From Gemmatimonadota bacterium (GTDB lineage Bacteria > Gemmatimonadota > Gemmatimonadetes > Gemmatimonadales > GWC2-71-9): a stretch of DNA of 64,000 bases. Positions 53,622-63,210 of this stretch are shown here, piece by piece. The stretch's first letter is position 1; each line of letters opens with the position of its first letter. The notes beneath the pieces were generated by a model. The model worked only from the letters and a program-made list of their open reading frames with translations. It made no database searches and had not been told where the DNA came from. Position numbers and translations under genes: made by a program. The DNA is taken from positions 3,083 to 67,082 of the forward strand of contig JACOVF010000072.1 in NCBI GenBank assembly GCA_016177465.1, written 5' to 3'.

Positions 53622-55076
53622 ATGAAGCGACGTGACTTCCTCGCCGCCGGCTCGGCCCTCGCGCTCAAGCTCGGAGTGCGCCGGCGGAACCGGAGCTTCG
53701 ATGCCGGGCCGCAGGGTGCGTACACCCGACCCATCCCCACCCGGCAACAGTTCGCGTGGCAGCGCGACGAGCTGGCGATGTTCATTCACTTCGGCGTGAA
53801 CACGTTCATGAACCGTGAGTGGGGGGATGGCAAAGAAGACCCCCGGGTGTTCGACCCCACTCGCTTCGATGCGCGACAGTGGGCGCGGATCGCCAAGGCC
53901 GCCGGCTTCCGGGCAATGATCCTCACGGCGAAGCATCACGACGGGTTCTGTCTCTGGCCAACCGCATCCACCAACCATTCCGTGCGCTCGAGCCCCTGGC
54001 GCACGGGGGCAGGGGACGTCGTCCGTGAGTTCGTAGACGCCTGTCGGGCCGAGGGACTGGGCGCCGGCCTGTATCTGTCTCCGTGGGATCGGCACGAGCC
54101 GTCCTATGGCGACTCGCCGCGGTACAACGATTTCTACATCGACCAGCTCACGGAACTGCTCACCCAGTACGGGCCCATCACCGAGGTGTGGTTCGACGGT
54201 GCGAATGGGGAAGGACCGAACGGGAAGCGCCAGCTGTACGACTGGCCGCGGATCCACCGCACGGTCCATTCGCTGCAACCCGGAGCCGTCATGTTCTCCG
54301 ACGCCGGGCCCGATGTCCGTTGGATCGGCAACGAGCGCGGAATCGCCGGTGAGACATCCTGGTCGATGATGGACCCCGAACGGGTGCCGTACGCCGGGTT
54401 CGATGGCCCCGGTGTCCGGGATGCCCTCCTACGTGGTGACGCAAGAGGCACCGTCTGGCGCCCCGGGGAGGCCGACGTATCGATCCGCCCGGGATGGTTC
54501 TGGCACCCGGAGGAGGACGACAACGTCCGTTCGGTGGAGAATCTGCTGGACCTCTACTTCGCGTCGGTGGGACGAAACAGCAAGCTGCTGCTCAATGTCC
54601 CTCCGACGAACGCGGGGCTCCTTCCCGACACGGATGCGAGGCACCTCACCGCATTCGGCGAGCGACTCAGAACCATCTTCGCCACGAACTACGCCAGCGG
54701 CGCGCGCGTGCGGGCCAGCGGGTCGGGGGGCACTCGCCTCGCTCCAGCACAGGTGGTGGACGGCGACCCTGAAACGTTCTGGAGCGCACCGACAGGCGCG
54801 CAGTCGGGGTGGGTCGAGCTCGAGCTCGCCGCGCCGGCCACCTTCGACATCGTGTGCCTTCAGGAAGCGATCGCGCACGGGCAACACATCGCCAACTACC
54901 GCGTGGAAGGGTGGATGGGCGCGCGGTGGACCACGCTGTCGTGGGGAACGACGATCGGGTACAAGAAGCTCGACCGGATCCCGCAAGCGACCACACCACG
55001 CGTTCGCGTCACCGTTGAGTTCGCGTACGACACGCCGCGGCTCGCGACTGTGGCCCTGTACCGCAGTAACACGTGA
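53622..55076 (+). CDS. alpha-L-fucosidase, GH29, with C-terminal F5/8 type C (discoidin/CBM32-like) domain
   Basis: 484 aa; Tat-like MKRRDFLAAGSALA; MFIHFGVNTF, TAKHHDGFCLWPT; C-terminal VVDGDPETFWSAP...YRVEGW. Confidence 0.88.
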   Translation: MKRRDFLAAGSALALKLGVRRRNRSFDAGPQGAYTRPIPTRQQFAWQRDELAMFIHFGVNTFMNREWGDGKEDPRVFDPTRFDARQWARIAKAAGFRAMILTAKHHDGFCLWPTASTNHSVRSSPWRTGAGDVVREFVDACRAEGLGAGLYLSPWDRHEPSYGDSPRYNDFYIDQLTELLTQYGPITEVWFDGANGEGPNGKRQLYDWPRIHRTVHSLQPGAVMFSDAGPDVRWIGNERGIAGETSWSMMDPERVPYAGFDGPGVRDALLRGDARGTVWRPGEADVSIRPGWFWHPEEDDNVRSVENLLDLYFASVGRNSKLLLNVPPTNAGLLPDTDARHLTAFGERLRTIFATNYASGARVRASGSGGTRLAPAQVVDGDPETFWSAPTGAQSGWVELELAAPATFDIVCLQEAIAHGQHIANYRVEGWMGARWTTLSWGTTIGYKKLDRIPQATTPRVRVTVEFAYDTPRLATVALYRSNT

Positions 55077-55204
55077 CGTCGGCGGCGGGCGTCACGGCAC
55101 CCCACCGCCAGCGACTACTCTCGCTTCTTCGAACTCATCGACTGTCTTGACAGCGCTCGAGGCGGGGCGCACACTAACCGTTCCTCACGTTCGGAGCCTG
55201 CTCC

Positions 55205-55621
55205 ATGAAGCAGACAGGCATTCTGGCCGTCGCGCTCGCCGCTCTCATGGCGACGCCTGCGGCGGCCCAAGTAAAGTTTGCGGCGACGCCCATCCTACAG
55301 AGTGGCGCCACGGTTGGGGGCGCGCCCATCGCCTACCCAACGACCGACAGCGCCGAAGTCACCGCACTGCTGCTGGACATCGGCCCAGGGGGCGAAACAG
55401 GCCGCCACATGCATCCGTACCCGACGTTCGTCTACGTGCTCGAGGGAGCGATCGACGTTGAGATGGATGGCGGCATGATTCACAGCTACAAAGCTGGGGA
55501 TTCGTTCCTCGAGGTGGTCAACACCTGGCACAACGGCAAGAACAAGGGGACGGCGCCTGCAAAGGTGCTGGTGGTCTTTGCTGGAGTGCATGGGAAGCCG
55601 AACCTCATGCGGCCCCAGTAG
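55205..55621 (+). CDS. secreted cupin-domain protein
   Basis: 138 aa; signal peptide; GRHMHPYPTFVYVLEGAIDVEMDGG...GDSFLEVVNTWHNGKN cupin motifs. Confidence 0.8.
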   Translation: MKQTGILAVALAALMATPAAAQVKFAATPILQSGATVGGAPIAYPTTDSAEVTALLLDIGPGGETGRHMHPYPTFVYVLEGAIDVEMDGGMIHSYKAGDSFLEVVNTWHNGKNKGTAPAKVLVVFAGVHGKPNLMRPQ

Positions 55622-55756
55622 AGACTGCGAGCGTCGCACGATCTGGCAACCTGCCCGAAGTCGTGGGTGGCTGGTGCCGGGGGTAGGAGGTGGGGGGCCC
55701 CCGGGCCTTGACCATGCACCGGTCGGGGGCAGGCGATCGACTTGCCCCCGCCCACC

Positions 55757-58700
55757 TCAGCGAACGCCCGCTCTCACCTCCCGCGGCGCTCGGTCGCGCC
55801 ACGGCAACGCCGGCATCGGTTGCTGCCTTGGCCAGACCTCGTTCAGCGTTTCCGCTTCGTAGAGCCGTCCGTTCTTCATCACGTAACGGAGGCTCGTCGT
55901 GTGCCGCAGGCTGTCGAGCGGGTTCCGATCGAGCACCAGGAGGTCCGCGAGCTTCCCGGGCTCGAGCGACCCCAGATCACTGCCTAGGCCGATCGCCTCC
56001 GCGCCGACGATCGTCGCCGCCCGGAGCGCGTCATGGTTCGAGAGCCCGCCCGATGCCATCGCCCATAGCTCCCAGTGATAGCCGAGGCCCTGGAGCTGGC
56101 CGTGGCTCCCCACGGCGGCCCGCGCCCCGCCCTCGAGCAGTCGCCGCACGAACTGGGCGTGCCGGGGGAACACGTATTCCTCGTCGAGGAACCACCCGGC
56201 CTGGCCCGGGCTGCCGCCCGCTCCCGGCCCGCGGCGCCGGCTGCGAGCGTCGAGGTTGTCCTCCGGCACGAAGCGCCGCAGCTTGGCGTCGTCGTGCACC
56301 TCCTCCCGGGCGTAGAAGTAGTTCTCGCCGAAGGGGCCGCCGTAAGACACGAGCAGCGTCGGGGTGTTGGTCGTCTGTGACGCCTTGAACAGCTCGACGA
56401 CGTCGTCGAAAATCGGCGCGATCGGGAGCGCGTGCTCGATCCCGGAATAGCCGTCCAGCGCGTGGGTCAGCTCGAGCTTGAAGTCGAGCCCGCCCTCGGT
56501 CGTCGGCATCAGCTGCAGCTCCTTCGCCGCCTGGATGATCCACTGCCGCTGCTGCCGGTTCCCCGTCATATACATCTTGAGCGTGTTGGTGTGGAAATAC
56601 TGGCTGTAGCGCTTGAGGACGCTCTTCGCGTGCTCGAGGTTCCGGATGTTTTCCCTGATGAACACCCCCGGCCCCGTCGAGTAGACGCGTGGGCCCACCA
56701 TCCCCCCGGTCTCCACGCGGTCCTGGTAGCTCAGGACGTCGGTGCTCCCGGTCTGGGGATCCCGGGTGGTCGTCACCCCATAGGCCAGGGTCGTGAGGTA
56801 CTGCCAGGTCAGGCCGGGATGGATTTCCGGAATCAGCCACATGGTGTGGTAGTGGGTGTCCACGAATCCGGGGAGCAGTGTCTTGCCGGAGACGTCCACC
56901 ACGTGGGCCCCGGCCGGGATCTCCACCTGTCCGCGCGCGCCGATCGCCACGATCCGATTGTCGCGAACGACGACGTCGGCGTCCTCGATGATCTCCGTGC
57001 CCTTCATCGTGACGGCCCGACCGCCGCGGAGCACCACCACGCCGCGCGGGACGTCGCGCGGGAGCGTGACCTCGATCCGCCGCTCGTTGGGCTTGTACCC
57101 CTTCGTCGTGTCGGCCTTCGCCTTGGCCGTGTCCAGCCCGGCCCGAATGGAATCCGCCTTGGCCTTGAGGGAGTCGGCCCGGGCCTTCAACGAGTCCGCA
57201 CGCGCCAGCAGTGAATCCGCCCGGAGCCTGACGGAGTCCGCCCGGAGCGCGTTCAGCCTCGCCCTGAGTGAGTCGGGCACGGTCGCCTTCGCCCGGGTCA
57301 GGCTGTCGACCATGGACCGCACGCGCTTCAGACTGTCGACCACCGCTTTGGCCCTGGCGGCGCTGTCGGCCCGGGCGCGCGTCGCGGCTTTCGTGCTGTC
57401 GTCCAGGAACTTGGCGCGGTCGAGATCGTAACTCACGAAGGCGTTGCCGATCGCCCAGTACACCGTGCGCCCGTCCGCGCTCCACGAGGGGAACTCCCCG
57501 CCGACATCAGTGAGCTTCCGCACCGGCACGGGGGCGGTTTCCGGGCTCGCGACTGAGACGGAGGGCGGCGGCCCGCCGACCCTCGGAATGGTCACCGAAT
57601 AGAGCTGCATCCCGACCTGAGCCACGGCCTGGTCTCCTTTGGGCGCGACGAGGATCAGGCCCGCCGGTGGCGGCTGACCCGGCGGCTCGGCCGCGCCGAC
57701 CCGCGAAGCATCGGCGGCCACCGGGAAGACCCGTCGCGGGAGCACCTCCGCCTCCTCCGGGTGCGGATCGCCGACGGTCGGCGGCGGCGGGCCGGTCACC
57801 TGGAGATGGCGCCGGATGTCGGTGCCGTCCCAGCGGAACGACACCAGGCCCTCGACCGGGCTGTAAGCGTAGATCCGGTCCGGCTCGTCGGTCCGGAACT
57901 GGGCCACGTCGCGCGAGCCCGTCGGCGAGATGAGGGTCACCTCCCTGCCCGCCGCCGGCACCCACACGAACTCCGCGCCGAGCGGACCGAAGAAGATGCC
58001 CGCCGCCTCCTTGAGGTCGCGCGCCGCGCCCCGCGTCGCAACGATCCGATTGCCGTCGGGGGACCAGGCGAGGTTGTAGTAGAGGGCCGCCGTGCGCGTG
58101 AGCTGCACGGCGTGGCCGCGCCCGCCCACCGGAGCCTTCCAGATGTGGCCCCCGGCGCGGTCGTCCCACGCCACGAACGCCACCCACTGCCCGTCGGGCG
58201 ACCAGGCGGGGTGGAACTCGCCTACCTCGGCTGTGGTGACCCGGCGCGCCGGCCCGTCGGGCAACTCCTTCACCCACAACCGGTCGAATGCGGTGAAGAC
58301 GACACGCTTGCCGTCGGGGGAGACGGCGGGGTTCCGGATTTGGCGCGCAGTCACCAGCGCCGCCGTATCCACGTGGTAGGCGAACCTGACCTCGGGCCCG
58401 ATGTCGAGCTTCACTTCGGCTTGGAAGGGGATCTTCGTCGCGGCGCTCCGGTCGAGCGGCACGCGCCAGATCTCGCCGCCATAGGAGACGACGACCGCCC
58501 GGCTGTCGGGCGTGAACGCGTAGCCCGGCAGCACGTCGAGCGGCGCGCGCGACTCCATCTCGTCCCGCTGGACCGGGTGCGCGAGCCAGTCCTCCTCGCC
58601 GTTCTCGAGGTTGCGGAGCCGGAGGCCGGTCTCGCTGTGGTGCCGGGTGCCGTACACGAGCCATTTCCCGTCGGGGGACACGGCGGGCCGGAATCCCGAC

Positions 58701-59437
58701 CCGTAGCGGGTGGTCATCAGGATCGACGTGCCGCGCTCGCGGTCGTAGACGAACAGCTGGTACTGCGGGAAGAGCGCGTTGTACGACCAGTCACCGTTGC
58801 GCCCGGCGAACCAGATGTACCGGCCGTCCGGAGAGAACGCCGCGCCCAGGGTCTTGAACGGCTGCGGCCCGCGGATCACGGGCAGCGGCCCTTTCCCGTC
58901 GGCGTGATACATCGTGAGCTTGGCCGCGCCTCCCAGGCCGCCGCTGCGGCTCACCACGATGTAGCTCCCGTCCGGGGTCCATTCGGGTGAGACGTAGAGA
59001 CTGGTATTGCCCTGGGTGATCTGCGTCGTGTCCTTGAGATCGAGCGACATCGTCCAGACGTTGTCTCCGCCGCTCCGGTCAGATACGAAGACGATCTTCT
59101 TCCCATCGGGGCTGAGGCGCGGCTGGGCGTCGTAGGCCAGGCCGCTGGTGAGCCGGGTGGCCGTCCCGCCCGCGATCGGGACGGTGTAGAGATCGCCCAG
59201 CAGATCGAAGACGATGGTCTTCCCGTCGGGGCTCACGTCGAGCGAGAGCCAGGTGCCCCGGGTGGCGGTGAACTCGGCGTTGCGGCTCGGCTCGAGCGGC
59301 AGCGGCTTCTGTTGCTGGCCACCCGGACCGCCGGGACCGCCCGGCCCCTGCGCCGGGAGTGCCGGCGTGGTGGTGAGACCGAAAAGCGCCACCGCCACCG
59401 CGGCGCGGCGAATCGAGCAAATGGATGGAGTGGTCAT
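55757..59437 (-). CDS. TolB-like beta-propeller + amidohydrolase fusion protein (paralog A, 1226 aa)
   Basis: 3' part of track ORF 55757..59752, start MTTPSICSIRRAAVAVALFGL (signal); repeated SPDGK... propeller blades; C-terminal LPGFVDTHYH metal-binding amidohydrolase domain. Confidence 0.85.
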   Translation of the reverse strand: MTTPSICSIRRAAVAVALFGLTTTPALPAQGPGGPGGPGGQQQKPLPLEPSRNAEFTATRGTWLSLDVSPDGKTIVFDLLGDLYTVPIAGGTATRLTSGLAYDAQPRLSPDGKKIVFVSDRSGGDNVWTMSLDLKDTTQITQGNTSLYVSPEWTPDGSYIVVSRSGGLGGAAKLTMYHADGKGPLPVIRGPQPFKTLGAAFSPDGRYIWFAGRNGDWSYNALFPQYQLFVYDRERGTSILMTTRYGSGFRPAVSPDGKWLVYGTRHHSETGLRLRNLENGEEDWLAHPVQRDEMESRAPLDVLPGYAFTPDSRAVVVSYGGEIWRVPLDRSAATKIPFQAEVKLDIGPEVRFAYHVDTAALVTARQIRNPAVSPDGKRVVFTAFDRLWVKELPDGPARRVTTAEVGEFHPAWSPDGQWVAFVAWDDRAGGHIWKAPVGGRGHAVQLTRTAALYYNLAWSPDGNRIVATRGAARDLKEAAGIFFGPLGAEFVWVPAAGREVTLISPTGSRDVAQFRTDEPDRIYAYSPVEGLVSFRWDGTDIRRHLQVTGPPPPTVGDPHPEEAEVLPRRVFPVAADASRVGAAEPPGQPPPAGLILVAPKGDQAVAQVGMQLYSVTIPRVGGPPPSVSVASPETAPVPVRKLTDVGGEFPSWSADGRTVYWAIGNAFVSYDLDRAKFLDDSTKAATRARADSAARAKAVVDSLKRVRSMVDSLTRAKATVPDSLRARLNALRADSVRLRADSLLARADSLKARADSLKAKADSIRAGLDTAKAKADTTKGYKPNERRIEVTLPRDVPRGVVVLRGGRAVTMKGTEIIEDADVVVRDNRIVAIGARGQVEIPAGAHVVDVSGKTLLPGFVDTHYHTMWLIPEIHPGLTWQYLTTLAYGVTTTRDPQTGSTDVLSYQDRVETGGMVGPRVYSTGPGVFIRENIRNLEHAKSVLKRYSQYFHTNTLKMYMTGNRQQRQWIIQAAKELQLMPTTEGGLDFKLELTHALDGYSGIEHALPIAPIFDDVVELFKASQTTNTPTLLVSYGGPFGENYFYAREEVHDDAKLRRFVPEDNLDARSRRRGPGAGGSPGQAGWFLDEEYVFPRHAQFVRRLLEGGARAAVGSHGQLQGLGYHWELWAMASGGLSNHDALRAATIVGAEAIGLGSDLGSLEPGKLADLLVLDRNPLDSLRHTTSLRYVMKNGRLYEAETLNEVWPRQQPMPALPWRDRAPREVRAGVR
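57150..57404 (-). repeat. in-frame tandem repeat (four 21-nt units, then 30-36-nt units) encoding ADSLKAR-type heptads in paralog A
   Basis: Plus strand units GAATCCGCCTTGGCCTTGAGG / GAGTCGGCCCGGGCCTTCAAC / GAGTCCGCACGCGCCAGCAGT / GAATCCGCCCGGAGCCTGACG (57150-57233), then longer CTGTCG...-initiated units. Confidence 0.8.
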
Positions 59438-59445
59438 GGCGTGCC

Positions 59446-62400
59446 TCACCGGATGCCGTTCTGAACGTTGGGCGCGGTGTGGCGCCACGGTTCGTCGGGG
59501 GCCGGGCGCTCGCGGGGCCAGATCTCGTTCAGGGTGTCGCCCGCGTAGAGCCGGCCGTTCTTCATCACGTACCGGATCGTGTTGGTGTTGCGGATGTTGT
59601 CGAGCGGGTTCGCGTCGAGCACGATCAGGTCGGCGAGCTTCCCGGGCTCGATCGACCCCAGGTCTTTGCCGAGCCCGATCGCTTCCGCTCCGGAGATGGT
59701 GGCGACCCGCAACGCGTCGTGCGGAGTCATGCCGCCGCTCTGGATCGCCCACAGCTCCCAGTGATAGCCCAACCCCTGCAGCTGCCCGTGGCTCCCGACG
59801 CCCGCCCGGCCGCCTCCCTCCACCAGCGCCCGCAGCCAGCCGGCGTGCTTCGGGAAGGCGTATTCATCCTCGCGGAACCAGCCACCGGGTCCGGGGCCCG
59901 GATTCCGGCGCCGCGCCTTCGGATCAAGCTCGCCCTCGGGAGTGAAGTGGTTGAGCTTCGCGTCCCCCACCACGTTCTCGTGGGTGTAGTACCAGTTCTC
60001 GGCCCACGGCCCGCCGTAGGAGACGAGCAGGGTCGGAGTGTTCGTGGTCTGCGACGTCTTGAAGAGCTCGATCACGTCGTTGTAGGCCGGGATGATCGGC
60101 ATCGTGTGCTCGATGCCGGGGTAGCCGTCCATGGCATGGGTCATGTTGAGCCGGTAGTCGAGGGCGCCCTCGGTCGTGGGCATGAGCTTGAGCTCGCGGG
60201 CCGCCATGATCAGCCACTGTCGCTGCCGGCGGTTGCCCGCCACGTACATCTTGAACGTCTTGGTGTCGTAGTAGTCGCTGTAGCGGCGGAGCACGTTCCG
60301 CGCGTGGTCCAGGTCGCGGATCCCCTCGAACCAGAACACGCCGGGGCCGGTGGAGTAGACCCGTGGACCCGGGATCGCCCCGGCCTCGACGCGGTCGGCG
60401 TAAGCGAGCACGTCGGTGGTGGCGGTCTGGGGATCGCGCGTCGTCGTGACGCCGTAGGCCAGGTTGGCGAGATAAATCCAGGGGCGGGTCCAGTGCAACC
60501 CCCACAGGTTCCACATGTGGGAATGGGTGTCCACGAAGCCCGGGATGATGGTCTTGCCGCTCACGTCGATCACCCGCGCCCCGGCCGGCGCCGACCCGTG
60601 CGGGCCCACGCTCGTGATCCGGTTGTTCTGTACCACGACGTCCGCGTTCTCGACGATCTCGCGGTCCCGCATGGTGATGACCCGTGCGCCGCGCAGTACC
60701 ACCGCCCCCTGCGGGACGTCCCGCGAAGCGCTCACCTGGATGCGCCGCTCCTCCGGCCGGTAGGCGAGCCGCGCGCGGGTGGCCGAGTCGGCCCGCGCGG
60801 CCCGGAGGCTGTCATCCACGGCCTCGGCGCGGTCGAGCCGGTAGGTGACGAACGCGTTGCCGATGGACCAATGGACCGTGCGGCCGTCCGCGCCCCAGGC
60901 CGGGAACTCACCGCCGATGTCGGTGAGCTTCCGGACAGGGACGGGCGCGCTGTCGGGCTTGGTGACCATCACCGTCGGCGGCGTCGCGCCGGTCTTGGGC
61001 ACGGTGACCACGTAGAAGTCGTTGTTCACCTGCGCCAGCGCGAGGTCCCCCTTCGGGGCCATGATCACGACGTCGGCCGGGATCTGCGGGATGGCGGGCT
61101 CGCGGTCGAAGTCTCGCGGCATGGGGAGGTCCGAGGTCCGGGAGAACTCGAAGCCGCCGGGGTTCAAGGGAAGCCGCCAGGTGACTCGCAGGTGCTGCTT
61201 CAAGTCGGTGCCGTCGAGGCGCGTGGAGACCAGCGCAAAGGTCGGGATCCCGAACGGCGCCCCCGGCGGGGGCGGCGTCTCGCTGGGCACGAAGCCGTAG
61301 CTGTAGAGCCGCTCCGGGTCGCTGGTGAAGTGAGGTGCGAAGCGACCTCCGGTGGGGCCGATCACCGTGACATCTCCGCCCTCGGCCGGGACCCAGACGA
61401 ACTCCGCGCCGAGCCCGTTGAAGACGAACGGATCCACCGCCTCCTTGAGGTCGCGCGCGGCCGCGCGCATGGCGACGATCCGCCTCCCGTCGGGCGACCA
61501 CACGGTGCGTTGGTAGTACGCGGCGACGCGGGTGAGCCGGGTGGGCGCCCCGCCCGTGGCCCGTAGCTTCATGATGTGTCCCCCCTGGTCGTCCCAGGTG
61601 ACGTACGCGATCGCCTGGCCGTCGGGCGACCAGGCGGGGTGGTACTCGCCCATGTCCTGGTCGGTGAGCCGCCGCGGCGCGCCGTTCGGGAGATCCATCA
61701 CGTACAGGCGGTCCAGCGCGGTGAACGCGATCCGCCGGCCGTCGGGCGAGGGCACCGCGTCCCGGATCTGTTTCAGGGTGAAGGTGGGTGTGTCCTCGAT
61801 CGGGTAGTCGAACCGGACCTCCGGGCCGACCGCGACCTCCGCGTCCACGGTGAACGGAATCTTCGTCGCGGGCGTGCCGTCCACCGGCACGCGCCAGATC
61901 TCGCCGCCGTAGGAGATGACGACCGCGCGGGTGTCGGGCGTCCAGGAGTAGCCGGGCAGGACGTCCATGTTGGCGATGGACTCCTGCTCGTCGCGCTGGA
62001 TCGGGTAGGCGAGCCAGCGCTCTTCCCCCGTGGCCAGTTCGCGGAGCCGGAGGCCAGTCTCGGCGTCGTGACGCGAGCCGTAGGCGAGCCACTTGCCGTC
62101 GGGCGAGACCGCAGGCCGGATGGCCGATCCATAGCGCGCGGTCATCGTCGTCCGCGTGCCCGTCTCGCGGTCGTACACGCCAAGCTGGTACTGGGGGAAC
62201 ACGGCGTTGTACTGCCAGGCGCCGTTCCGCTGCGCGTACCAGAGGTACCGCGGGTCGGGACCGAAAGCGGGGCCCATCATGCGCAGTGCGGGGAACCCTT
62301 CGACCAGCGGTAGTCCGCGGCCGCCCTTCACATGGTAGAGCCACAGCTTCTCGTTCGAGAAGGGAATGCCCTTGGCGACAACGATGTACTGCCCGTCGGA

Positions 62401-62850
62401 CGACCAGTCGGGGGAGAGATAGGTCGCGTCCACGCCGGTGGTCAGCTGCAGCGTATCGCGGCCGTCTACCGAGATGATCCACAGGTTATCGTCTCCGCTT
62501 CGATCGGAGACGAACACGATCTTCCTGCCGTCCGGACTGAAGCGCGGCTGCATGTCATGGGAGATTCCGTGGGTCAGTCGGGTCGCCTTGCCGCCCGTGA
62601 TGGGCAGCGTGTAGAGATCACCGAGCAGGTCGAAGACGAGCGTCTGCCCGTCGGGACTCACGTCCAGGGAGATCCAGGTCCCCTTGCTAGTCGTGAACCG
62701 AGCCCACCGCGACGCGTCAAGCGGGAGGCCTTTTTGGGTCGTGTCCGCGAGAACGTCTGTGGATCCGGCCGCCCGCGCGGACGGAGGGGGGGACGTGACC
62801 AGCAGGGCGAGCGCGGCGCAGAGCGCGGTGCCGAACGACGGCTGTCGCAT
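59446..62850 (-). CDS. TolB-like beta-propeller + amidohydrolase fusion protein (paralog B, 1134 aa)
   Basis: 3' part of track ORF 59446..62997, start MRQPSFGTALCAALALLV (signal); same architecture as A (IPGFVDTHSH); only 8 nt separate its stop from the start of A. Confidence 0.85.
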   Translation of the reverse strand: MRQPSFGTALCAALALLVTSPPPSARAAGSTDVLADTTQKGLPLDASRWARFTTSKGTWISLDVSPDGQTLVFDLLGDLYTLPITGGKATRLTHGISHDMQPRFSPDGRKIVFVSDRSGDDNLWIISVDGRDTLQLTTGVDATYLSPDWSSDGQYIVVAKGIPFSNEKLWLYHVKGGRGLPLVEGFPALRMMGPAFGPDPRYLWYAQRNGAWQYNAVFPQYQLGVYDRETGTRTTMTARYGSAIRPAVSPDGKWLAYGSRHDAETGLRLRELATGEERWLAYPIQRDEQESIANMDVLPGYSWTPDTRAVVISYGGEIWRVPVDGTPATKIPFTVDAEVAVGPEVRFDYPIEDTPTFTLKQIRDAVPSPDGRRIAFTALDRLYVMDLPNGAPRRLTDQDMGEYHPAWSPDGQAIAYVTWDDQGGHIMKLRATGGAPTRLTRVAAYYQRTVWSPDGRRIVAMRAAARDLKEAVDPFVFNGLGAEFVWVPAEGGDVTVIGPTGGRFAPHFTSDPERLYSYGFVPSETPPPPGAPFGIPTFALVSTRLDGTDLKQHLRVTWRLPLNPGGFEFSRTSDLPMPRDFDREPAIPQIPADVVIMAPKGDLALAQVNNDFYVVTVPKTGATPPTVMVTKPDSAPVPVRKLTDIGGEFPAWGADGRTVHWSIGNAFVTYRLDRAEAVDDSLRAARADSATRARLAYRPEERRIQVSASRDVPQGAVVLRGARVITMRDREIVENADVVVQNNRITSVGPHGSAPAGARVIDVSGKTIIPGFVDTHSHMWNLWGLHWTRPWIYLANLAYGVTTTRDPQTATTDVLAYADRVEAGAIPGPRVYSTGPGVFWFEGIRDLDHARNVLRRYSDYYDTKTFKMYVAGNRRQRQWLIMAARELKLMPTTEGALDYRLNMTHAMDGYPGIEHTMPIIPAYNDVIELFKTSQTTNTPTLLVSYGGPWAENWYYTHENVVGDAKLNHFTPEGELDPKARRRNPGPGPGGWFREDEYAFPKHAGWLRALVEGGGRAGVGSHGQLQGLGYHWELWAIQSGGMTPHDALRVATISGAEAIGLGKDLGSIEPGKLADLIVLDANPLDNIRNTNTIRYVMKNGRLYAGDTLNEIWPRERPAPDEPWRHTAPNVQNGIR

Positions 62851-63210
62851 GTGGTGACTCCGTGTTCCGATTCGCAGTGGGGCGGGCCCCAAGGGACGGT
62901 GGTGCCGGGTAGTGCCGTGTCGAGACTCAAGCACGGTAGTAAACGGGCAACGCGACCTATTATATCCCGGCGCGAGTGACGTCGCCACTACGGCCAAGGT
63001 GGTGGTGGGTGTTTCGGTCTAACGAGCGCCAGGTGCCCGCAGCGCGCGTAGATTATGGTATGGCTTTTTCACCGGCGGGCAGCAGGCACCCGGGGCAGCA
63101 TGCCCTCGCGTGCGCCGAATCGCCGGCCCGAGCAGGCCGTTCCGCACGGGAGGGCTGCTCGTTTCGGCGTATCCTCTGGCTCGTGGTCGCGGCTGGCGCG
63201 CCGAGCGGAC

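Noticed and set aside
55621-55757. GC hairpins (for example GGGGGCA...TGCCCCC, about 55722-55746) in the convergent gap between the cupin gene and the amidohydrolase gene as a bidirectional terminator.
   Set aside because: The stems are short and lack flanking T/A runs. This is plausible but not distinguishable from background GC-rich self-complementarity.
62851-63210. The 91-aa ORF 62976..63251, and a possible small RNA or promoter (GGGATATAAT on the minus strand at 62958-62972; hairpin CGAGCAGGCC...GGGCTGCTCG followed by TTT at about 63130-63170).
   Set aside because: The ORF is shadow-like. The TATAAT box has only a weak -35, and the hairpin has no clear transcription unit, so there is too little support to call a feature.
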